Made by a program: the position numbers and the translations under genes
From: an uncultured Gammaproteobacteria bacterium
Lineage (GTDB): Bacteria; Patescibacteriota; Patescibacteriia; UBA9934
NCBI GenBank assembly: GCA_964355955.1
Contig: CAYHFQ010000005.1
Span: forward strand, 1 to 58,142
Reading direction: 5' to 3'
DNA: 58,142 nt
Shown here: piece by piece, positions 16,993 through 23,344 of the stretch
Layout: each line of letters opens with the position of its first letter
Position numbering within the stretch: position 1 is the first letter of the stretch
The notes under the pieces: generated by a model
Database searches by the model: none
Told to the model about the DNA's origin: nothing
The model's input: the letters and a program-made list of their open reading frames with translations, nothing else

Positions 16993-17496
16993 ATGAAAAT
17001 AACGCTAATAGTAGCCATGTCCGTGGACGGCCGGATAGCTGCTGATAGGGAACAGCTGACGGATTGGACGAGTGCTCAAGACAAGCAGTTCTTTGTGCTG
17101 AAAACTAAGGAGAGTGGGGTGGTGATTATGGGCCGACGGACGTTTCAGACGATTGGTGAGCCGTTGCCGGAGCGGTTGAATATAATAATGACGCGGCAGG
17201 AACCACCGTTTGACGATATTCCAGGTGTACTCGAGAGCACGAACCAGTCGCCGGCGGCGGTGGTGAAGTCGCTTGAGGATAGACAATATACGTCAGCTTG
17301 TGTGGTTGGCGGCCGGGAGATTTACTCCGCGTTTTTGGCGGCGGGCTTGGTGACGGATATGTATGTGACAATCGAGCCGTTGCTGTTCGGGGCGGGAGTG
17401 CCGTTTGTGGAGGAGATTAGTAGCCAGCGGTTGCAGTTGATAAGTGTCGAGAAGCTGGGGGAGCAGAGCGTGCTACTTCATTACGTCGTTCTGTAG
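16993..17496 (+). CDS. dihydrofolate reductase family / RibD C-terminal domain protein
   Basis: KITLIVAMSVDGRIA...GRRTFQTIG...VVGGREIYSAF pattern. The start is set at ATG 16993. Confidence 0.7.
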   Translation: MKITLIVAMSVDGRIAADREQLTDWTSAQDKQFFVLKTKESGVVIMGRRTFQTIGEPLPERLNIIMTRQEPPFDDIPGVLESTNQSPAAVVKSLEDRQYTSACVVGGREIYSAFLAAGLVTDMYVTIEPLLFGAGVPFVEEISSQRLQLISVEKLGEQSVLLHYVVL

Positions 17497-17499
17497 TAC

Positions 17500-17557
17500 A
17501 AAAATAATACTTGTCCCGGACGCTTGCACGCGATCCGGGACGAGTATTATTTTTTTA
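17500..17557. terminator. bidirectional intrinsic terminator between convergent genes
   Basis: AATAATACTTGTCCCGGA...TCCGGGACGAGTATTATT hairpin flanked by A-run and T-run. Confidence 0.7.
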
Positions 17558-18439
17558 ATCGAGTTCAGAAGCGATCTTGCCGCCGAGGGTACGGAGTTCG
17601 CGGAGGGCGGCGTTAAGTTCGGTTTTGTCTTTGGGAGTTTTGCCGTGCCAAGCGGGATCGGCTTCCATGAAGTGCACGCCCTTGCCGGGAATGGTGTGGG
17701 CAATGATGACGGTTGGCGCTTCCCAGGTGGCTTTGGCGCGGTCGCAAGCGTCGACAAATTCACGAATGTTATGGCCGTCGATTTCGATGACGTTAAAGCC
17801 GAAACTGGCGAATTTGTCGTGGAGTGGCTCGAGCGGCATGATGTCCTCTGTGTAGCCGTCGATCTGAATGTTATTGCGGTCAATGATCCAAGTCATGTTG
17901 TGCAGCTGGTTGCGGCTGGCGAAAAGGGCGGCTTCCCAGGTAATGCCGGCTTCGAGTTCGCCGTCGCTCATTATGCAAAAAGTATGCCAAGCAGCGCCGT
18001 CCATCTTGCCAGCGTAGGCAGTGCCACAGGCTTGGGATGAACCGTCGCCAAGCGGACCAGCGGTGTTCTCGAGACCTGGGAGAAGACGAGGCTCAGGGTG
18101 GCCTTGCAGGCGCGAACCGAACTGGCGGAGGGTGGCGAGTTCGGTTTTGGGAAAGTAGCCAGCGTGGGCCATGGTGACGTAACGAACGGGAACAATGTGA
18201 CCATTGCTCAAAAACAGGCGATCACGCTCGGCCCAGTTAGGACGCTTAGGATCGTGGTGCAAAACGTGGAAATATAGCGCCGTAAAAATGTCGGCCATGC
18301 CAAGTGGACCAGCCGAGTGACCACTGCCAGCCTTGGTTAGCATGGTGAGTAAGTCCTCACGAATAACGTTGGCCTTGGCTTCGAGAGTCAAGAGCTGCTT
18401 TTCGGTTAAACTTGGGACTTCGCGACGGATAGCTGGCAT
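17555..18439 (-). CDS. transketolase, N-terminal subunit (split form)
   Basis: KAGSGHSAGPLGMADIFTALYF (TPP-binding N-terminal motif) and GDGELEAG. About 294 aa. The start is set at ATG 18439, because the upstream TTG would run into repeat family B. Confidence 0.85.
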   Translation of the reverse strand: MPAIRREVPSLTEKQLLTLEAKANVIREDLLTMLTKAGSGHSAGPLGMADIFTALYFHVLHHDPKRPNWAERDRLFLSNGHIVPVRYVTMAHAGYFPKTELATLRQFGSRLQGHPEPRLLPGLENTAGPLGDGSSQACGTAYAGKMDGAAWHTFCIMSDGELEAGITWEAALFASRNQLHNMTWIIDRNNIQIDGYTEDIMPLEPLHDKFASFGFNVIEIDGHNIREFVDACDRAKATWEAPTVIIAHTIPGKGVHFMEADPAWHGKTPKDKTELNAALRELRTLGGKIASELD

Positions 18440-18475
18440 AAATTGATGTATAACGAATTTGATGGAAGTCTCTTC

Positions 18476-18630
18476 GGCCAAGGCTCGGGGTGCGAAAGTT
18501 CGTCGGGTCCTGCCGCTTGGCCACCCTCCCAGGTGCTCACTGCGTTGCGCGCCCGGCAGGGGACCCGGCTCGCGTCACCCGACTAAAGGAATTAGGCCTG
18601 CCCCTCGCTACTTGGCCTTTCCGGCTCAAT
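18476..18630 (-). repeat. family B structured intergenic element, copy 1 (candidate ncRNA)
   Basis: Plus-sense CGGCCAAGGCTCGGGG..GTTCGTCGGGTCCTGCCG..CACCCTCCCAGG-hairpin-..GGCAGGGGACCCGG..TCACCCGAC. It shares these blocks with 53506..53586 and 58086..58142. Confidence 0.6.
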
Positions 18631-18640
18631 AATTCATTAA

Positions 18641-18672
18641 ATCTACCTTCTACCCTCTACAATCTACCAAGC
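18641..18672 (-). repeat. GTAG-rich spacer module
   Basis: Minus-sense TTGGTAGATTGTAGAGGGTAGAAGGTAGAT. This closely resembles plus-sense 45961..45985 and minus-sense 22791..22821 and 55368..55392. Confidence 0.5.
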
Positions 18673-19070
18673 TAATGCTTCGCATCTTCCAGATTAATCT
18701 GAATCAGGGCAAAGATAGCAATGAAGAAGCCAGTGACGAAGTGCGACCAGGTGAATTCACGGAGAGTGAAGTCAAGAGCAAAAGGGGCGGTGGCGACCCA
18801 GGCACCGAGGCCGATTTGTAACCAGTGCATGGCACGTAAACCGGCGGTTTTGATGTTGGGTTGTTCGAGTGTGACGACGATTAGCCCGAGGACGCTGATG
18901 GCGAGGCCAATGAAGAGATCGTCCCAACGGAGCATGCCGATTAAGCCGACTTGGTCCACGGTGGCGCCAAAGAAGAGGCGGAGAATATCGTCGCCGACAA
19001 ATGGCGCGAGGATGACCCAAGCGGCGAGCGCGAAGATGATCCAGTGAATGGCTTTTAATCCATTTTTCAT
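18672..19070 (-). CDS. small membrane protein with two SPW-repeat-like units
   Basis: Internal repeat WIIFALAAWVILAPFV / WLQIGLGAWVATAPFAL, with four hydrophobic segments. Confidence 0.65.
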   Translation of the reverse strand: MKNGLKAIHWIIFALAAWVILAPFVGDDILRLFFGATVDQVGLIGMLRWDDLFIGLAISVLGLIVVTLEQPNIKTAGLRAMHWLQIGLGAWVATAPFALDFTLREFTWSHFVTGFFIAIFALIQINLEDAKH

Positions 19071-19141
19071 AACTGTGTTTAGTTTGATAGTAGTATTCTA
19101 TCATGAAATAGTTTGTCCGTCTTTGCGAGTCTCAGCTAATA

Positions 19142-19163
19142 GGCGGGGTCACCGCCCCCCGCC
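19142..19163 (-). other. GGCGGGG...CCCCGCC hairpin followed by TATTA (terminator-like)
   Basis: Read directly. It belongs to the same hairpin class as 19362..19382, 22572..22614 and 56415..56436. Confidence 0.45.
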
Positions 19164-19194
19164 AATAAAATTCGGTTAATCGACCGAGGCTCGG

Positions 19195-19345
19195 TCGCTC
19201 GCAACTGCCATGTCTCCTGTTCCTAGCTGCGCCTCGTCAACCGCACGAGCTCACTGACCTCGTATGACTCGGGAGCTCGACGCAGGGCCGAGGCTGGCGT
19301 CGTCACAGGAGACATGGCAGTCGCTCACTCCTACAGGGCTTAGGC
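19195..19345 (-). repeat. family A structured intergenic element, copy 2
   Basis: Same conserved blocks as copy 1. Outer arms are ACTGCCATGTCTCCTGT / ACAGGAGACATGGCAGT and inner arms CGAGCTC / GAGCTCG. Confidence 0.7.
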
Positions 19346-19349
19346 TCGT

Positions 19350-19382
19350 ACAAAAATAATAGGCGGGGACACTGCGCCCGCC
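19350..19382 (-). terminator. intrinsic terminator after the paralog array
   Basis: Minus-sense GGCGGGCGCAGUGUCCCCGCC followed by UAUUAUUUUU. Confidence 0.6.
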
Positions 19383-19406
19383 GTATTATTAATTTGTGAG
19401 TGACGG

Positions 19407-20210
19407 TTATTCAACGACAATGACGCCAGTGTTAGAAGTGACGTAACTGTCGTAGTAGGTGTAAGTGCCGGGAGTGTTGAAGCGAATGATGAAGTTGGCT
19501 CCTGGTTCCATGGTGCCGGTACCCCAAACGCCGTTGTCGCCAGTGGCGGTATGTTTGGCACCAGTTGAGTCGTTGACGAATTGAACGGTGTGACCAGCTT
19601 GCACGGTGGCGGAAAGAGGTGCAAAGCCGCTACCGCTGCTGGCGGCGATAGTCACGACCGTTGGAGCGGTTAGGCTCTTGTCGTCGTTGATGTCTTGGTT
19701 GAGGCCAGAGGCGAGGCGGAGTCTGTAGGAGGAGACTTCGCCAGAGGTGCTGAGGGTGCCGCCGTTGACGGTGTAGTTGGCGAAGAAGCCATCTGGGACG
19801 TCGTCGACGTTGGTGCTCCAGCTACTGCCAGACATAGCCTGTGCTACGCTTTCGCTGGTGACCCAGAGTAGGGTGCCATCGGTGTCGACAGCGTAGGTCT
19901 TGGGATCTGTATTGATTTTGATCATCTTGACGCCTGGCTTGTAGGTGACGTTGCCACCAATCTGAATGGTGCCGAGCTGGGTGTCGCTGATTTGCTTGAC
20001 GGTGCTGAAGTCTGAGTACCAGGTGAAGTAGGTTTTTTCGTTAGGGAAGACGTAACGGAAACCGTCCTCACCCATGTAGTAAACGGCGGAGAAGGACTCG
20101 CCGCGAATAAGATCTCCGGAGACAATGATGGTACTGGAGGCGGCGTGGGCAGAGAAAGCTGGGAGGATGAAGGAAGTGATGAGGGCGGCGAGGATGAGTT
20201 TATTCTTCAT
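19407..20210 (-). CDS. secreted protein with an N-terminal conserved domain and a C-terminal cupredoxin-like domain lacking the Cys ligand (paralog 3 of the array)
   Basis: Signal peptide MKNKLILAALITSFILPAFSAHA. It shares GDLIRG..SAVYYMG.DGFRYVFPNEKTYFTWYS...IQIGGNVTYKPG.KMIKINTDPK. The C-terminus reads TVQFVNDSTGAKHTATGDNGVWGTG...GTYTYYDSYVTSNTGVIVV. Confidence 0.75.
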   Translation of the reverse strand: MKNKLILAALITSFILPAFSAHAASSTIIVSGDLIRGESFSAVYYMGEDGFRYVFPNEKTYFTWYSDFSTVKQISDTQLGTIQIGGNVTYKPGVKMIKINTDPKTYAVDTDGTLLWVTSESVAQAMSGSSWSTNVDDVPDGFFANYTVNGGTLSTSGEVSSYRLRLASGLNQDINDDKSLTAPTVVTIAASSGSGFAPLSATVQAGHTVQFVNDSTGAKHTATGDNGVWGTGTMEPGANFIIRFNTPGTYTYYDSYVTSNTGVIVVE

Positions 20211-20225
20211 AATTGCGTAAGAAAA

Positions 20226-21050
20226 TTACTGAACGTAGATGGCGCCAGAGAGGCTGTGGTCGTAGCCATCGTAGAAAGTGTAGGTGCCAGCCTGAGTGAA
20301 ACGAACAATGAAGTTACCGCCTGAGAGAATGGTACCAGTACCCCAAACGCCGTCGTCGCCGGTGGCAGTGTGTACATCGGTACCGTTATTGGTGAAGCGA
20401 ACAGTGCGATTGACGCCGATCGTAGCACTGAGGGGACTGTAAGCACTGTTGGTGATGCTGATTTCGACCGGTACGGTCAGGTCTTTATCTTCGTTGATGG
20501 TGATGTTCTGAGCGTCGAGATTACCAAAGCTGTCACCGAAAGCGGTGGCATCGGCGGTACCGGTTAAGGTGGTGCCGGTGGTTGAGTAGTTACTGAAGAA
20601 ACCATCTGGGACGTCATCAATTCTGGTGTTCCAGGCGTTGCCTTCTAGAGCAATAGCGGCGTCGGCAGTGGAAACCCAGTGTAAAACTCCGCCATTGCTA
20701 ACAGCGTAAACTTTAGGATCTGTATTGATCTTAATCATCTTGCTGCCTGGCTTGTAGGTGACGTTGCCACCAATTTGGATGTTGCCGAGGTCCGCGTCGG
20801 AAATGAATTTAACGCTGTCGAAGTTGCTGTACCAGGTGAAGTAAGTTTTTTCGTTAGGGAAAACGTAACGGAAGCCGTCGGCACCCATGTAATAGACGGC
20901 GGAGTAGGACTGACCGCGGATGAGATCTCCTGAGGTGATGGTGGTGGCGGCGGAAACTTTGTGGGTGAGTGCAGCAAAAACGCTAAAGCCGACGATGGCG
21001 GCGACGGCGATAGTACCGGCTGCGACTGAGCGAAGAGATGAAGCCTGCAT
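20226..21050 (-). CDS. secreted protein, cupredoxin-like C-terminal domain lacking Cys (paralog 2)
   Basis: Same architecture as the other two paralogs. The C-terminus reads TVRFTNNGTDVHTATGDDGVWGTG...GTYTFYDGYDHSLSGAIYV. Confidence 0.75.
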   Translation of the reverse strand: MQASSLRSVAAGTIAVAAIVGFSVFAALTHKVSAATTITSGDLIRGQSYSAVYYMGADGFRYVFPNEKTYFTWYSNFDSVKFISDADLGNIQIGGNVTYKPGSKMIKINTDPKVYAVSNGGVLHWVSTADAAIALEGNAWNTRIDDVPDGFFSNYSTTGTTLTGTADATAFGDSFGNLDAQNITINEDKDLTVPVEISITNSAYSPLSATIGVNRTVRFTNNGTDVHTATGDDGVWGTGTILSGGNFIVRFTQAGTYTFYDGYDHSLSGAIYVQ

Positions 21051-21073
21051 AGGGTAAAAATTAAGAAGTAAGA

Positions 21074-21883
21074 TTAATTTTTAGGTGTAACGTAGACCGC
21101 GCCGGTGTGCCGTGAATTGTAGCTGTCGAAGAATGTATAGGTACCCTCTGAAGTGAAAGTATGAACGAATTCGGCATTTGGTGCAAGCGTGCCGCTGCCC
21201 CAGGAGAGGTCGTCGGCGGTGGCGGTGTGTTGCGAAGTATCCATGTTAACGAAGCGAACGCTTTGTCCTAGGGGAATATGGAGATCGATAGGTGAGTAGC
21301 CAGCGTGGGTGAGAGTGAAAATTGCTGGAGCTGTTAGATTTTTGTCATGATTAACGTCGACGGTGGCCGTGCGCACGTTGTTTAGTTGATAACTGGTAGC
21401 GTTATTAAGCGAAGCACCGATGCGATAGTTAGTGAAGAAGGCGTCGGGTAGATCGTCGACATAATTAGCCCAGTCGCCACCGAAAATGGTACCGGCTAAA
21501 CTTTCATTTTCAATCCAGTGGAGGTAACCACCAGGGGCCACGGCGTAGGTTTTTGGATCGGTATTAATTTTGACCATCTTGCTGCCTGGCTTATAGGTAA
21601 CATTGCCGCCAATTTGGATGGTACCGAGTTGATCGTCGCTGATTTGTTTGACGGTCGAGAAATTCCCGTACCAAGTGAAGAAAGTTTTTTCGTTAGGAAA
21701 GACGTAGCGTAGGCCGTCGGCGCCGAGATAGTAAACTGAAGGGTAGGCGACGCCGCGAATAAGATCGCCGGAGTTTACTGAGGTGGTGCTCACGGCAGCA
21801 GAAGCAGGACCAGGGTGCAAGAAAAATGAGAGGCAAAGGCCGCTGAGCAGAAACCACGAAAAATAACGCGACAGCTTGGTCAT
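21074..21883 (-). CDS. secreted protein, cupredoxin-like C-terminal domain lacking Cys (paralog 1)
   Basis: Same architecture as the other two paralogs. The C-terminus reads SVRFVNMDTSQHTATADDLSWGSG...GTYTFFDSYNSRHTGAVYV. Confidence 0.75.
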   Translation of the reverse strand: MTKLSRYFSWFLLSGLCLSFFLHPGPASAAVSTTSVNSGDLIRGVAYPSVYYLGADGLRYVFPNEKTFFTWYGNFSTVKQISDDQLGTIQIGGNVTYKPGSKMVKINTDPKTYAVAPGGYLHWIENESLAGTIFGGDWANYVDDLPDAFFTNYRIGASLNNATSYQLNNVRTATVDVNHDKNLTAPAIFTLTHAGYSPIDLHIPLGQSVRFVNMDTSQHTATADDLSWGSGTLAPNAEFVHTFTSEGTYTFFDSYNSRHTGAVYVTPKN

Positions 21884-21913
21884 GAGGCTATTATACCAAG
21901 AAAAGCGGGGGGT

Positions 21914-22558
21914 TTATAGGGCTTTAAGCTGTGTATAAACTTCAACAGGATTTGCGGCTGACCACAGGGCAGAGCCAGCAATAAGGCGGGAAGCGCCAGC
22001 ATTTGTGAGACTTTTGGCGGTTTGGAGGCTGACGCCGCCGTCGACTGCGATTATGAGGTTGGGATGAAGCTCATGACAGCGGCGGATTTTGGCGATGATA
22101 GGATCGCCCAGGAAGGGTTGGCCAGAAGCGCCGGGGTGAATGCCCATAATTTGCACGACGTCGAGGTTGTGTAAGTGGTGGGCAATACGGTCGAGGGAGG
22201 TTTCGGGATTTAAGGCAAGGCCAGTTTCAAGGCCGAGAGATTTGGCGCGTTCAAGGATGGCACCAAGCGGGCGCGCCAGCTCGGCGTGAATAATGATGCG
22301 TTTGAGGGAGGGGACGAGGCGGTGCCAGAGTTCGATGATCGGCAAAGGGTTGTGGACCATGAGGTGGAGTTCGATGGCGGGAAGATGTGGCCAGGTGGCA
22401 ATGATGTTGGCGTCGGCAAAACAAGAGGCGTCAAACATACTGCCGTCGAGGACGTCGACTTGAAAGATATCGGCGACGCTATTGAGGCCGGGATGTAGGA
22501 GTTTAGCTTGGCAGTCCGCGGAATTGCGGGCCAGAACGGCGGGGATTATTTCGATCAT
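21914..22558 (-). CDS. rpe: ribulose-phosphate 3-epimerase family protein
   Basis: IIPAVLA, VDVLDG, LHLMV, and IAVDGGV...AGASRLIAGSALW (TIM-barrel Rpe pattern). Confidence 0.75.
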   Translation of the reverse strand: MIEIIPAVLARNSADCQAKLLHPGLNSVADIFQVDVLDGSMFDASCFADANIIATWPHLPAIELHLMVHNPLPIIELWHRLVPSLKRIIIHAELARPLGAILERAKSLGLETGLALNPETSLDRIAHHLHNLDVVQIMGIHPGASGQPFLGDPIIAKIRRCHELHPNLIIAVDGGVSLQTAKSLTNAGASRLIAGSALWSAANPVEVYTQLKAL

Positions 22559-22571
22559 AATTTATTTAATA

Positions 22572-22614
22572 GGCGGGGTCTCCCCGCAGGGCGAGGACGC
22601 GACCGTCCCCCGCC
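22572..22614 (-). other. GC-rich terminator-like hairpin ending 13 nt before the rpe start codon
   Basis: Minus-sense GGCGGGGGACGGUCGCGUCCUCGCCCUGCGGGGAGACCCCGCC, then UAUUAAAUAAAUU, then AUG. Confidence 0.5.
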
Positions 22615-22622
22615 AGAACCTG

Positions 22623-22775
22623 TCGCTCGCAACTGGCAGAGTAGTCCTCTTCCTAGCTGCACCTCGTCAACCGTAACGGCCGTATCACCTCGTATGACTC
22701 GGGCGCCGTTACAGGGCCGAGGCTGGCGTCGTCAGAGGACTACTCTGCCAGTCGTCACTCCTACAAGGCTCTGGC
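22623..22775 (-). repeat. family A structured intergenic element, copy 3
   Basis: Perfect 19-bp outer arms ACTGGCAGAGTAGTCCTCT / AGAGGACTACTCTGCCAGT. Inner arms are GTAACGGC / GCCGTTAC. Confidence 0.75.
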
Positions 22776-22790
22776 TGCTAATGAAGTAAA

Positions 22791-22821
22791 CTACCGACTA
22801 CCAACTACTATCTACCAACTG
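22791..22821 (-). repeat. GTAG-rich spacer module
   Basis: Minus-sense CAGTTGGTAGATAGTAGTTGGTAGTCGGTAG, directly after the rpiB stop. Confidence 0.5.
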
Positions 22822-22823
22822 TA

Positions 22824-23279
22824 TTACACCTGCTGTTCGAGATCATCGATTTCACCGAGGCGGCGGTTGTGGCGCGGGGCGTCGCTGAACTGGGTGGTGA
22901 GGAAAGCGTCGGCGATAGCGAGCGGGTCGTCGATTAGCTTGAGGCGGGCGGGGAGGCAGAGAATGTTAGCGTCGTCGTCGTTCCGCATCGCAATAGCTGA
23001 GGCAACAGAGAAGCCGACACCGGCGCGAATGTCGTCGAATTTATTGGCGGCGATGGCTACTCCTTCCGCGCTACCGCAAACCAAGAGGCCAAACGAGCCA
23101 GCGTGTTCGCGGACGTTGCTCGCCACGGCAGCGGCGTAGACTGGATAGTCATCATGCAAATCCAAAATATGAGCACCAAGGTCGTGGACGACATGGCCCT
23201 GCTTTTCTAGATGTTCTTTGAGGATATTTTTGAGGTCGAAGCCGGCGTGGTCGGCGCCGAGATAGATTGTGGTGTGCAT
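22824..23279 (-). CDS. rpiB: ribose-5-phosphate isomerase B
   Basis: IYLGADHAGFDLK N-terminus, LLVCGSAEGVAIAANK, 151 aa. Confidence 0.9.
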   Translation of the reverse strand: MHTTIYLGADHAGFDLKNILKEHLEKQGHVVHDLGAHILDLHDDYPVYAAAVASNVREHAGSFGLLVCGSAEGVAIAANKFDDIRAGVGFSVASAIAMRNDDDANILCLPARLKLIDDPLAIADAFLTTQFSDAPRHNRRLGEIDDLEQQV

Positions 23280-23344
23280 ATATGTAAGCAGTATACCGCA
23301 AGTAATGGTACAATGGGGGAAAGAGTGATTTTATTTTGATTTTT

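Noticed and set aside
18476-18630. Family B as a known ribozyme (twister, HDV-like) or SRP RNA
   Set aside because: Isolated resemblances (GGGAGGG, AAGC, GGUCCC) could not be arranged into the required pseudoknot topology or the SRP domain IV motif by eye. A covariance-model search is needed before any such claim.
18641-18672. GTAG-rich modules, or families A and B, as a CRISPR array
   Set aside because: There are no regularly spaced identical direct repeats separated by unique spacers, and no cas genes.
19407-21883. Diversity-generating retroelement acting on the three tandem paralogs
   Set aside because: The window has no reverse transcriptase and no template/variable repeat pair with adenine-specific differences. 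The paralogs differ along their whole length.
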